DNA from: Octopus sinensis
Lineage: Eukaryota
Length of the DNA: 64,000 bases
Direction: 5' to 3'
Assembly (NCBI RefSeq): GCF_006345805.1
Contig: NC_043012.1
Location: forward strand, 17,112,001 to 17,176,000
Shown here one piece after another: positions 22,746-36,380 of the stretch. How positions within the stretch are numbered: position 1 is the first letter of the stretch; every line of letters begins with the position of its first letter. The notes below the pieces were generated by a model. It made no database searches. It worked only from the letters and a program-made list of their open reading frames with translations, and was not told the DNA's origin. Position numbers and translations under genes: made by a program.

Positions 22746-24128
22746 ATTGACGAGTTCGGTGGAGTCAGTTCTTGGGTGTACTGTTTGAAAGTAATGGTAG
22801 AGACACTGACAGATTCTTTTGCTTTAAAGAGTTCATGCGAGTGGACAACCCTTCGCATTTGGCGTGTATGTGCACGAAATAGTGAACCTGATGGAGTATA
22901 AAAGAACAGTTTTGTCGATTCGTGTGTACAGTGTGGGACTCGATGCAAAACAGACAGCAAGTGGGGAAACATTCCCTGCAACAATATCGCTCGAGAAATA
23001 TCACTCTTAAAAAGTAGGCTTGGAGAAATTCTATTGGCAAGAAACCAAAAATATGGGCAGCAGTATTAGAGCCAACAGAGCAAGGAATTATTTGACGCAA
23101 GAAGTTGTTGTTCTAAGTAAAAGCCATTCTGTTTTAAGGAAGTTTAATTCCCTCCAAGCTTTCTATGTATTATAAATTATTCAAAAGAACGAAGGACTGC
23201 TTTCTGTTATGTCAAAAACGTTGGACATGTGAAAAACATAGTAAAAAGTGAAAGCATGTGTTAAACTGAACCATTATACATGAGTATAAGCAGGGCATTC
23301 TGTATACATGTGTGTTGTGTGAGCTAGAAGGCCGAGTAGTTACTGCAATATTTATGTTTGTGTTCGTCCATGAGTAATTGCAAAAGTTATTCTGAAAGTA
23401 GCACACATATACTACATACATACATACATACATACATATACATATATATAAATGTATTTATATATTTACATACACACACACACACACATATACACATATA
23501 TATTGTTGTTGAATGCTCGAAATGAGGAGTAGATAGACAGCCGACTAACTGATGAAAGGTCGTTTCTCTGTGTTTATTTGTCCTGTTTTCCAAATTTCGT
23601 CCCGTTGTTTACTATCTGTGTGTTTGTCTATCTATCTATCTATCTGTTCAAAATTAGGGAATGAAGTAGAAAAATACAAACTACCCATGTTTCATAGCTA
23701 GCAGAACCTCTGAAATATTAATTGTCCAAACGTAGGGTAATCCGTTAGTTACTCGTCTGCTCAAAGATGCCTCAATGAAATGAAGTTAACATTGTCGTCA
23801 AGGGGTCCCATTTTGACTCGTAGGAGATTTGTTTTTCCAATCGAATCTCTTATCGTTCGGATAATTACTACTTCGGAGGTTCTGATACCTATGAAATATA
23901 TGTAACCTGGATTTTATCTCCGCACTTCCCTAATTTCGGATTTCTTTTCGCATATACAGCAACCCCTGTTGCTAACCGTAAGTTGTAAAACAAATTTTTC
24001 CGCTTGTCGAACTTCGATATAGGAAAGACGTACAACCTTCTATGTCAATAAACCACTTTTGCTTCTGAAAGTTGTCTTTTATACCTCCGTCGGACTGCTC
24101 ATCCTACACCTTGACCTTTGAATCGTAC

Positions 24129-24176
<48 letters not shown>

Positions 24177-24209
24177 ACACACACACACACACACGCACAC
24201 ACACACACA

Positions 24210-24254
<45 letters not shown>

Positions 24255-24618
24255 GATGTCGAACGAAGAAAATGAAAGCTGAACACCGGATTGGTGGATA
24301 TAATTTATTTACTTGTAACTTGGTTTCATGTTAAGAAAAGTGGGAGAATATCCCAGCGTCTTAACAATTTTTCAAGCCGATCAATGGAGAAAGTTGTTCG
24401 TCTCCATTTTGTAAAACAGTCTATACACACACACACACCATACACCCACACGTTATATATATAGATATATATATATATTATATATATATATATTTATGTT
24501 ATATATGTATGTATATATGTATGTATGTAATGTATTTATGTATGTATGATGTATGTATGTATTAAGTATGTGTGTATGTATGTATGCACGTGCATGTATG
24601 TATAAGTATGTATGTGCC

Positions 24619-24669
<51 letters not shown>

Positions 24670-25314
24670 ATATGTATATATGTCTTGTCTTGCACCATCA
24701 ACTCGTTGATGAAGACGTAGAGGTGCAGTCGTGACAGTTGGCAAGTTCTGAATATTTTAAAGCTTTTAAGACCCAACGAAATCCATTTCCTTCTTCCCGC
24801 CGGCCTGACCACTACCGATCTCTCTCGAAAGGAAAGAGAGACAGAAGAAAAGAAAGAGCGGAAGACAGAGAAGAATAAATCTCGGCAGAGAAACAGCACT
24901 TCGTTGACCCCCCGCCCCGAGAAGATGAAAAGCAATGTTAACCGCGACAGGAGGACAGAGCAGAATATAGGAACGAATATACGTCTAATACATTTAATTG
25001 CAAACCCACAGATACACACAGAAATGAAGATATACACAGATATGAAATTTTATCTTGATTGAAATCATAAAAAGCTAGATAAGTGAAAATAAAACCTTGT
25101 TTTATCTTGCTCTTCATCAGAGTAATCCACTCCCAAGAATCGTAATTTGAAAGAAAAATCTCTTCGGTAAGAATTCAGTTTTTAAGTTATGAATTCTTAT
25201 TTTACTTCTAGCTTCAATTTAAACTTTTGTCAAGTTATTTGTTCCAACGACTAAACACATTATCATTTAGCATAAAGGACTACCTTCTTCCATACACACA
25301 CACACATGTATATT

Positions 25315-25372
<58 letters not shown>

Positions 25373-25612
25373 ATATATATGTGTGTATGTATACATGTAT
25401 ATGTATATCTATGTTTGTATGTGTGTGTGTGTGTATGTATGCAAGAAAGTTTGTGGTGCCTGTATGTATGGAACATCAGTGATTCATAGTATGGTAAATG
25501 AAAAATGTATTGGAAAATGTAAAAAGATGAAAGATAAAGATATATAATATAGTATATGTATATATATATATATTATATATAATATATGATATATATATCT
25601 ATATATATATAT

Positions 25613-25658
<46 letters not shown>

Positions 25659-25676
25659 GTATATATATATATATAT

Positions 25677-27280
25677 GTTATATTTCGGAAAGGGTCATAT
25701 TGCCAGTTTGCCAATAAAAACACACGCACTCTATATTTGGTGTTAGTTTGCTTCAGTGATATTTATTTTTTACATTAATCTTAATCTTATTTCGGGCAAG
25801 TTTCTTTCGTCACACTCCTGTGACCGCATCAGTGGTCCTTTTGTTTTCTTCTCACTTACTTGTGTCTCTCCTTACTAACCGTCAGCCATTTGTATTTCTA
25901 TTGTATGTCTTCATTTGCGCATGCTTATATCTCTAATAGTGCGTCTTATGTTGATTATTTAGTGTGTGTGTGTGGGGGGGGGAGCCTGTAACTATGTGTG
26001 TATCTTCTGGTTATATACATCTTGTAATGTGTAATTTTTGTTTTTGTTGTTGTTCTTTTTGTTCTAATTTTTGTTCATTGGTTTACATCCACCCATTATT
26101 ATCATTACATATGCTTGTATGTATGTATAACAACAATATTAGTAATAATAATAATAAATCTAATCGAAAAAAAAAAAAAAAAAGAATATACTATACATAT
26201 ATATATAATACATACATATACCTAATATATAATATAATAAGATATACCCACATATATACACATATAATATACATAGATATACACATATACTATATATAGT
26301 ATATCCATTTCTATTTCTTTAATACCTGTGTATTTATTATGTTTGCAGGATCCACTATTGTCATATGTTTGTGGTGTGCGCTATTGCTCTCCATTCTAGT
26401 TTTCTATTCAGGCTAGGTTTTATTTTCTATTATATGGGTAGCTTCTGTAATTTGTCTAATTTTGCATCTGTTCTAATGGTGTGGACAATATCTTAATCTC
26501 TATGTTATTGATTGATCCCCCGTGTTCTTGTTCGGCGTGTTTGTACAGATCGATGATTTTTTACCTTCCTTGAGTTGTCTCCAATGTTCATTCACCCGCT
26601 CACCAATGGCTTCTTGCAGTTCCGTCCCCTACGTAGTTCTGTCTTGTTACTGCATCGTCTCTATACATCTTATACTATAGACCACATTTCTGGCTTTACA
26701 GTTCGTTTGTGGGCTAAATCTACATACAGTGCAATAGTTATCCGTACAGAGAGTTCTACTAAAGGATAGCTTCTACCATTATAGATCTGATAGGGTTTGC
26801 CTGGCTTTTCAACAACCTTAATTCTTAGTTTAATTTATCTAGGGTCCTTCTAAAGTGGTACGCTAGTTCACCTCCAGGGGTGGTGTCAACGAACATGACA
26901 CTCTGGTATTTATGGCTATCATACCAAGAGTTGGCCTTCCCTATTTTCTTTTTGTCCTTTCTAATTGTTCCATGACTTGTTCCTATAGAGTGGGCAAATC
27001 CCATTCCTATCATTACATATATATTATCAAATTTCTTCATGGCTCCTTTTATACTCTGATCCTTTCTTTAGGCTGTAAACCTGAGAACTGCATGCGGTGA
27101 ATGAATACTGTATGTGTCTCTTTAATTCCTGTAGGCTCGCACATGCGTGACACTTTCTCATTATTCTGACGAGGGTCTGCCATCAAATATTGAATTTGGC
27201 ATTGCCCGCAATGGCTGAGTTCCGGTGGATCAGGTATTTGAGGCCATAGTTTTGCATGTATGAATGAAGGATTTTGGGGT
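25677..27280 (-). mobile_element. Inverted 3' copy of the PLE (thumb + GIY-YIG + 3' UTR)
   Basis: Reverse complement aligns along its length with about 27870-29426. Confidence 0.85.
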
Positions 27281-27339
27281 TTTGACATAATAGTGAATAC
27301 TTATAAACATAATCTTAGTAGTTTTCTTCCCCAGTAGAT

Positions 27340-29426
27340 GTTTAAGAGGTAGAACCGCCTACAATTACTTCTATGCTAGGAAGACACATATAGAAAGATG
27401 GCGCGGATGAACCAGAGCCATACGGAGCCCCGCAAATGTCCATCAGTAAAGAACAGATCGCACATGCACTAGGAGCTAGTATAAGATTTACCCTAAAAGG
27501 CCACACATTGAATTTAATAATAAAATATGCCCAGGACGAGGGGGCAGCCATCGGTGTTGTATCGCTGGTGATGTGGCCAACCTCTTCATGGTATGGTGGA
27601 CAGAAGGCTTAAAGAATGCCTACTGCACAAATCCATACTCGTAAACATGTACTCTCGCTATGTTGATGATATCAATATAGTAGTAAAGGCACCCCACAAT
27701 AGAGTACTGTTGATATAGTAATAGAAACTAATACTATGGAGATCATCCAGCAAATAGCTAACTCCATCCACCAGAGTATTAAGGTCACAATAGACTACCC
27801 CACTAAACACCCCAACCATAGACTACCAGTACTATACACTGAACTCTGGCTAGAAATTGTGAAAAATAAACCCAATCCTTCATTCATACTATGCAAAACC
27901 TATGGCCCTCAAATACCTGATCCACCGGAACTCAGCCATTGCGGCAATGCCAAATTCAATATTTTGATGGCAACCTCGTCAGAATAATGAGAAATGTGTC
28001 ACGCATTGCGAGCCTACAGAATTAAAGAGACACATACGTATTTCATTCACCGCAGGCAGTTCTCAGTTACACCCTAAAGAAAGGATCAGAGTATACAAGG
28101 CCATGAGAAATTTTGATAATATATTAGTAATGATAGGAATGGGATTTTGCCCACTCTATAGGAACAAGTCATGGAACACTATAGAAAGGACAAAAAAGAA
28201 ATAGGGAAGGCCAACTCTTGTATGATAGCCATAATACCAGAGTGTCATGTTCGTTGACACCACCCCTGGAGTGAACTAGCGTACCACTTTAGAAGGACCC
28301 TAGATAAACTTAAACTAAGAATTAAGGTGTTGAACAGCCAGGCAACCCTATCAGATCTATAATTGGTAGAAGCTATCCTTTTAGTAAACTCTCTGTACGG
28401 ATAACTATTGCCACTGTATGTTAGATTTAGCCCACAAACAACTGTAAAGCCAGAAATGTGGTCTATAGTATAAGATGTAATAGAGGGACGATGCGTAACA
28501 AGACAGTAACATACGTAGGGGAAACTGCAAGAAGCATTGGTGAGCGGGTGAATGAACATTGGAGACAACTCAAGGAAGTAAAAGCTCATCGATTCTGTAC
28601 CAACACGCCGAACAAGAACACGGGGGATCAATCAATAACATAGAGATTAGATATTGTCCACACACTAGAACAGATGCAACAATTAGACAAATTACCGAAG
28701 CTAACACATATAATAGAAATAAACCTAGCCTGAATAGAAAACAGAAGGAGCAATAGCGCACACCACAACATATGACAAGTGGATCCTGCAAACATAATAA
28801 TACACAGGTAATTAAAGAAATAGAAATGAATATCTATATATATGTATGTGTATATATATGTATATGTATATGTGTATATATGTGTGTATATATGTAATAT
28901 CTATATAGAATGTATATATATGTTATATAATATGTATATGTATATTCTTTTTTTTTTTTTTTTTTTCGATTAGATTTATTATTATTTTACTAATATTGTT
29001 GTTATACATACATACCAAGCATATGTAATGATAATAAGGGTGGATGTAACACCATGAACAAAATTAGAACAAAAGCAACAACAACAAAACAAAATACAAT
29101 TACAAGAATGTATATAACCGAAGATACAATATTACAGGCATCCCCCCCACACCCACACTAAATAAACATAGACGCACATAGAGATATACATGCGCAATGA
29201 AGACATACAATAAAATACAAATGGCTGACGATTAGTAAGGAGAGACCCAAGTAAGTGAGAAGAAAACAAAGGACCACTGATGCGTCACAGTAGTGTGACG
29301 AAAGAACTTTGGCCGAAATAGATTAAGATTAATGTAAAAAAATAATATCACTGAGCAAAAAACACCAATATAATAGTGCGTGTGTTTTTTGGCTAAACTG
29401 GCAATATGACCATTCCGAAATATAAC
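27340..29426 (+). mobile_element. Penelope-like element, frameshifted: RT core, thumb, C-terminal GIY-YIG endonuclease, 3' UTR
   Basis: ..GAAIG..DVANLFMVW..NMYSRYVDDINIV..IKVTIDYPTKHPNHRLPVL; ..VVYSIRCN..TYVGETARSIGERVNEHW.. (GIY-YIG). Confidence 0.85.
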
Positions 29427-29483
29427 AATATCTGTTTCAACACACGACTTCACATAAAAAATCTTGCACAACAATATTTAAAC

Positions 29484-29527
<44 letters not shown>

Positions 29528-29534
29528 TTATATT

Positions 29535-29565
<31 letters not shown>

Positions 29566-29676
29566 GCATGCATATATATATACACACATATATATATATA
29601 ATATGTATGTATATACACACACACATACACACCAATATATATTTATATACATACATATATATACATATATGCATAC

Positions 29677-29707
<31 letters not shown>

Positions 29708-30430
29708 ATATTATTATATTATATATATTATATAGTATACACAACACACACACACACACACGCATATATATAGACATACAACACACACACACACACATAT
29801 TTATAAAACATTAGAAACATTAAATATTTCTTAAGAAGTATTTAATTAGTCCCGTTATTTCCAGTTAGAAACTGTGTACTTTAATACACATACATATTTG
29901 CAGTCACACACACACACAAACACGTGCATACATACATACATTCATACACACATACATATATACACACTACATACATACATACATACATACATACATACAT
30001 ACATACATACACACATACATACACACACACATACATATATGCACGCACACATACATATGTACATACACACGTACACTATACTTACATACACACATCTTGT
30101 TCTTTAAATCCTTTGTAAGGAGTTTTTAACTCGAAATATCAAGACTAATTAGATACGTCTAACGTAACATTTCGATAACATTCAGGTCCCTGTCACTGTT
30201 ATTTATGATATTTAATGTCCTATGAAAACAAACTGCTTTTTTTTGCGTATTTGAGAGTGGTTTAATCAAACTCTAAAACTCTTTCTTCCTCTCTCTATAT
30301 CTACATACATACCTACCTATATACATACATACATGCATACACAAACACGCATACGTACAAACATACATATACACATTTATGTATGTAAATATATAATTAT
30401 AAAAATAATGCATGTATGTATATATTTATG

Positions 30431-30507
<77 letters not shown>

Positions 30508-30574
30508 CATATATATACATGCGTGTATGTATCTATCTACCTATATATAAACCTCTATTTAAGTGTGTTTTCCT

Positions 30575-30576
30575 CC

Positions 30577-30638
<62 letters not shown>

Positions 30639-30656
30639 AATCTATCTATCTTTCCT

Positions 30657-30697
<41 letters not shown>

Positions 30698-30810
30698 GTA
30701 TATCTCTCTATCTATTTATCTTTCTCTCTATCTATCTATTTATATATATCTCTCTCTATATATATATCTATCTATCTACATCTCTCTCTCTCCCTATCTA
30801 TCTATCTTTA
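30575..30810. repeat. (TCTA)n microsatellite
   Basis: Direct inspection. Confidence 0.95.
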
Positions 30811-31421
30811 TATATACACATTATCTCGAACTGCTACAGAGGATGCTGTATGTCTCAGAATGATGGATGCTACTGAAGCTAAACATGCAAATCTCAAGCA
30901 AAGCGAGGCTGCTCTCATTTCACGTAAATTTACACTTGGTAAAGTGTTTATCTAATAATGCCAAAACATTCGCCCAGTCGGATCGCACGGATCAATACGA
31001 ATACAAAATACAACCTATATGACACATCAAACCACTTGCTAGTGTAGCTAAGATTTTCGAAGAGCCCTTACTTCCAGAGCAGTCATGCAGCTCGCTCGCT
31101 CGTTCATCATCCCGAGAATCATTGTGTCCCAACCACATAATACTAGTTAGTGTGTCACTCGGGAGATGGGGTTTCTCCATCCTTTTACAAATAGTTTATG
31201 TTTTATTCTATTGACTTTCGTTAACTTTCTCATCAAGCAGGAAGGCAGGTGTTTTAGGTTTACCGGTTCAGTACCCGATGACAGTTCCAAATAACAAGGT
31301 GTATTACATTACCTTTTTTCTAGCATTACTTAAGATGATAATGAAACATACACACACACACACGTACACACACACGCACACACTCGCACGCACGCACACG
31401 CACGCACACATACACATACAC

Positions 31422-31488
<67 letters not shown>

Positions 31489-31535
31489 GCACACACACAT
31501 ACACGCAAACGCACAAACATGCACACACATTTTAA

Positions 31536-31932
31536 GGCGGCGAGCTAGCAGAAACGTTGGAACGCCGGGCGAAATGCTTAGCGGTATTTCGTCTGCCGCT
31601 ACGTTCTGAGTTCAAATTCTGCCGAGGTTGACTTTGCTTTTCAACTTTTCGGGGTCGATTAAATAAGTATCAGTTACGTACTGGGGTCGATGTAATCGAC
31701 TTAATCCGTTTGTCTGTCCTTGTTTGTCCCCTCTATGTTTAGTCCCTTGTGGGCAGTAAAGAAGTAGGTATTTCGTCTGCCGTTACGTTCTGAGTTCAAA
31801 TTCCGCCGAGGTCGACTTTGCCTTTCATCCTTTCGGGGTCGATAAATTAAGTACCAGATGCGTACTGGGGTCGATATAATCGACTGGCCCCCTCCTCAAA
31901 AATTTCGGGTCTTGTGCCTAGAGTAGGAAAGA
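31536..31932 (+). mobile_element. SINE group A dimer
   Basis: Head + unit ending gtaaagaagtag + second unit starting gtatttcgtc with the alternative tail; flanked by near-identical aaacatgcaca. Confidence 0.9.
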
Positions 31933-32329
31933 AACATGCACAAACATGCACTCTCTCTCTATCACACACGCACAAACGCACAAACGCACAAACATACACA
32001 TACTCTCTCTCTCTCGCTCTCTCTCTCTCACACACACTCTCATTTGTGTGTATTTGTGTGAGTATGTGAGTGAGAATGTATGTGTGAATGTATGTGCTTT
32101 TGTATTTGTGAGTGTGTGTGTGTGTACGCGTGTGTGTTCTGCGCTATCACTCGATAACCGATGTCAGTTTGTTTATATTCCTTAAATCAGCGCTTCGGCC
32201 TAACAGTCTGATAGAAGTGCCATGTGCAAAAATATATACTGAGGTCGACTTGCTCGATTAAAGCCTCCAAGGTGACTCCCCCACATGTTCGTAGTCCAGC
32301 GACTCAAGCAAGCGTTAATCCGTTCTTTT

Positions 32330-32480
32330 TTTCCCTTTCGCCATCTCGTTTCTCTCCTCATTCCTTTCTGTAGAAGAGCGTAGGCTCGAAACGTTAAAGG
32401 ATTTTCCCTTTTTACCTGAGCGTTAAACTAATACACCCTGTTTCTTCTTAAGTCACATCTCTGTGTCTTTTATTTTTTAT
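32330..32480 (+). mobile_element. PLE-type terminal repeat fragment with hammerhead-like motif
   Basis: cctttctgtagaagagcgtaggctcgaaacgttaaagg; same family as 14160-14345. Confidence 0.55.
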
Positions 32481-32809
32481 TCTTAGTAAGATTTGAACTA
32501 CATACACACTCACACACACACACATACATTCCTACGTAATACATACATACAACAAATCCAATCCATCACTGGAACTGTAAAAATCTGTAAAACATATTCC
32601 AGAAGTTTATAATATAAGCATATATGTGCATGTCTAGATATGCAACAATGTGCATGAGACAACATACATAAGACAAACAATCAAATCTGCATATATACAT
32701 ACATACACGCAAAAATACTCTGTTGATATTGAAATTCCTGTGAAGGAGACTTAAAAACCTGCCCCTTCTCTATTGGCAAGACATTTAGAAATAAAACTGA
32801 ATAATGACC

Positions 32810-33585
32810 TACGTACTTACATACGTACGTACGTACGTACGTACCTACCTACCTACCTACTTCCTTTTTACCTACCTTCCTACCTACCTACCTACCTATC
32901 TACCTACCTACCTACCTACCTACCTACCTACCTACCTACCTACCTACCTACCTACCTACCTACTTCCTCCCTACCTACCTACCTACCTACCTACCTACTT
33001 CCTTCCTACCTACCTACCTACCTACATACCTACCTACCTACCTACCTACCTACCTGCCTACCTACCTACCTACCTACCTACCTACTTCCTTCCTTCCTAC
33101 CTACCTACCTACCTACCTACCTATCTACCTACCTACCTACCTACTTCCTTCCTACCTACCTACCTACCTACTTCCTCCCTACCTACCTACCTACCTACCT
33201 ACCTACCTACCTACCTACCTACCTACCTACTTCCTTCCTACCTACCTACCTACCTACCTACCTACCTACTTCCTCCCTACCTACCTACCTACCTACCTAC
33301 CTACCTACCTACCTACCTACCTACCTACCTACCTACCTACCTACCTACTCACCTACCTACCTACCTATCTACCTACCTACCTACCTACATACCTACCTAC
33401 CTACCTACCTACCTACCTACCTACCTACCTGCCTACCTACCTACCTACCTACCTACCTACCTACTTCCTTCCTATCTACCTACCTACATACCTACCTACC
33501 TACCTACCTACCTACCTACCTACCTACCTACCTACTTCCTTCCTACCTACCTACCTACCTACCTACCTACCTATTTACCTACCTA
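32810..33585. repeat. About 770-bp (CCTA)n array with CTTC variants
   Basis: Direct inspection; creates the 291-aa and 264-aa LPTY ORFs. Confidence 0.95.
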
Positions 33586-33662
33586 TATACAGATATGAAA
33601 GAAAGAAAATACAATAAACAGTTTCGTGAATTCCATTTTCTTTCATAATTAAAAAAAAATAC

Positions 33663-33758
33663 GGCCATGAAGGAATTCCTGATACTCAGTGGCATATGCC
33701 TCCATACTGTTGATGACATCAGGTAGCCGAATATTGTGAGTAGGCTTTACACAGCATA
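33663..33758 (-). CDS. Candidate 96-nt exon (phase 1 to phase 1)
   Basis: tatatactttttAG acceptor, weak gcc|GTattt donor; xCCVKPTHNIRLPDVINSMEAYATEYQEFLHG; unique island among repeats. Confidence 0.3.
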
Positions 33759-34975
33759 CTAAAAAGTATATAGCCGAATATAAAATTATCACTCACACAC
33801 AAACACAGACACATACACAGACACAGACACAGACACACACATACATACACACACATAGACATACATACACATACACTTGCACAGCAGCAACACACACATA
33901 TATATATAAAACATCTCTCTTTCTCTTTCATACTCTCTCCATCCATTTCTTTCTTTCTTTCTTTCTTTCCTTTCTTTCTCTTTCTTTCACTTTCTCTCTA
34001 CACACAGACACATACATACACATGTGTGTGTGTGCATGTGTGTGTGTGTGTATGTGTGTATGTGTGTATGCGTGCGCATACGTGTGGTAGGGGCAGCACA
34101 GGACAATTGTTTAAAAACGCCGGAATCGATAAACCTTTTGGCTGGTTTCTAGGTACTTTATCGATGTGACCATCTGAAATACTGAAACATCTCACATATT
34201 ATAGAGAAAGAAGCGAAAGACGAAAAGGAACAACAAGGAAGCACGTCGTTTTCGATTCCTCTATGAAATAATTAAATAAATCTTTAGTTATTAGTTGTTT
34301 TATTTTTATTATTTTTCTTTGTTTCTTTAGAAGAAGAATAGTAATTAATAACTCTTTTGATTAATGTTATGTCCTATAGGATGAGTCTGTGTATGAACAA
34401 CTTCAGCGACAATAAATTATATATATAATAGCAGACCGAAAACAATTTCACAATTTTGCAATATTAATTCTATTGTTTACTGTTTCTATATTGTGTAAAC
34501 ACCGTACTTGTCAATAAATATAACAACTTAGCTGAAAATAAAATTATTAGACGTTAGGTCATGTGTGAGTGTGCATATGTATGCATGTATGTATGTAAGT
34601 ATGTATGTATGTATGTATGTATGTATGTATGTATGTATGTATGTATGTATGTATGTATGTATGTATGTATGTATGTACGTATGTATGTGTGTGCGTGTGT
34701 ATACGCTACATGTATGTATGCATCTATAGATATGCGTATACACACATATACGCACTAACACATACATAAACACACACACAAATATACAGATAAGACTTTT
34801 TGATAATTTGACATATTTTCTTTTCGAGACAGGAAACAAATGAAATATTTGCAAAAACCTTCCTTATCATATATATACATATATATACATACATATATAT
34901 ATATATTCTTATTGGTGTCACGTATTCTGTATTTTTGTTTATGTACTTCGTTCGTTTTCCGTCCTCGCGTTGTAT

Positions 34976-35122
34976 ACATTCGAAGCTTTCTTCCAGGGGA
35001 TCTAATGCGCTTGGCTTAGATTTCCCTTGGCGGGCTGGCCATATCGGAGCAATCTCAAGATTAATCAGCCGAAATTGCTAAGATGATCTGGTTCTTGACT
35101 GATGACTGAGGGCTTCGAATGT
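34976..35122. repeat. About 150-bp structured interspersed repeat (second copy 51260-51402)
   Basis: Terminal acattcgaagc / gcttcgaatgt; internal ggctg..cagcc stem followed by gaaattgc. Confidence 0.55.
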
Positions 35123-35439
35123 CCCGTCCTGTGGTTCTTGTGTCGTCTCTGTGGTGTTTCATGTTCTTGTCCATGTCTGTAATTATTTTTAACTGTTTAC
35201 CTATATATATATATAATATATATATATATATATAGGTGTATGTATGTATTGTATGTATGATGTATAAATATATAAATAAATAAAATTGTTCAATAGCTTA
35301 CATCATGATGACACACAGTGGGTAGAAGGGGAAGGTGACCTACTGCCGTTTTATATTTCTACGGGGTCTTTGATGTGGCAGAAGTCCCAGGTCTCACGTG
35401 ACCATTTTGTACACTTTCATGGAGTGTATATCCTGCACT

Positions 35440-35830
35440 ACAGTTCGAGTTTGCAGAGATAAAATGGTGTGGCAATTTCGAACCATATGATTGGCCACCC
35501 CATTATAGATAGATTTATGTTGAACTGTATAGGGATCTTCATCGAGTTTGATGTAAATGTAACTGTTAACATCAATGTAACCACAGTCAACGTCTTGAAT
35601 ATAACTTAATATCTCAAAACAGTCAAGTATTGCCATTATAGAAAATCTGATGGGGGCACCGTATATATATTCACAGGAATATCAAGCAGACCCCAAATAT
35701 AAACTGAAACTGGGTGACTGGAATCAGCTGAACTACCTAGACTGTGGTGTTTTAGATAGAGCTGCATCTCACCATAACAAGCTATTAACGAAAAGTGGCT
35801 TTAGTGAGACGTTGATTTACATGTAGTGCC
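35440..35830 (+). pseudogene. Degraded PLE RT/thumb fragment (Naiad-like)
   Basis: ..VNVTVNINVTTVNVLNIT*YLKTVKYCHYRK.. and ..HHNKLLTKSGFSETLIY resemble PLE thumb motifs. Confidence 0.5.
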
Positions 35831-35888
35831 CCAAAATTCCATACAAAAGACATCTAAGTTGATAACCTTCAAAATATTTTTATCGTAA

Positions 35889-36268
35889 ACTAGCAGTATC
35901 CCCCGCGTTGCTCGGGTTTGTAAGGGAAATAACTATAAAGCATTTTTAGATAGTTATAGCCAAAATATAGCAAAAAAATGTGAAAAAAATAATGGTAAAT
36001 TTTTTTGAGAGTTAAAAAGGTGGAGTTGCGTCTCTTAGTCTGTGGTTTGTGTTTCTGATTCTCGACCCCATGTCGAATTTATCGATTTTTTTCAGAACTG
36101 GGGGAACTTTTCAAAATTTTCGCTGCGTTAGTTTTGAATTATGACATTGGGCTATGTGTGTGTCAAGTTTCATCAGAATCGGTTGAAAGCCGTGGTCAGA
36201 GTGAGGGTACAACCAAACAGACACACAGAAACACACACAGACAAACTGCCGTTTAAATAGAGAGAGAT
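35889..36268 (+). mobile_element. Helentron-associated (HINE/DINE-1-like) non-autonomous element
   Basis: 5' actag..cccccgcgttgctcggg hairpin-like start; 3' caagtttcatcagaatcggtt...cagacacacagac...tagagag end typical of this class. Confidence 0.55.
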
Positions 36269-36380
36269 AAGGTGACACTTGTCAAGTACATATTAGACCA
36301 CACCTGTTTAATGCACATAAAATCGAAGTAGTTTTTTTCCTAGAAAATATTGTTTCCATCATCGAACACCATAACGTGTG

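Noticed and set aside
22050-23200. Possible very old LINE remnant (DPKSVYR, QFLGVLF)
   Set aside because: Motifs too short and scattered to support a call without a search.
24453-25037. 194-aa minus-strand ORF
   Set aside because: Half is microsatellite and the rest is purine-rich low complexity; no consistent splice or domain support.
32773-33648. 291-aa and 264-aa LPTY-repeat ORFs
   Set aside because: Stop-free (CCTA)n array.
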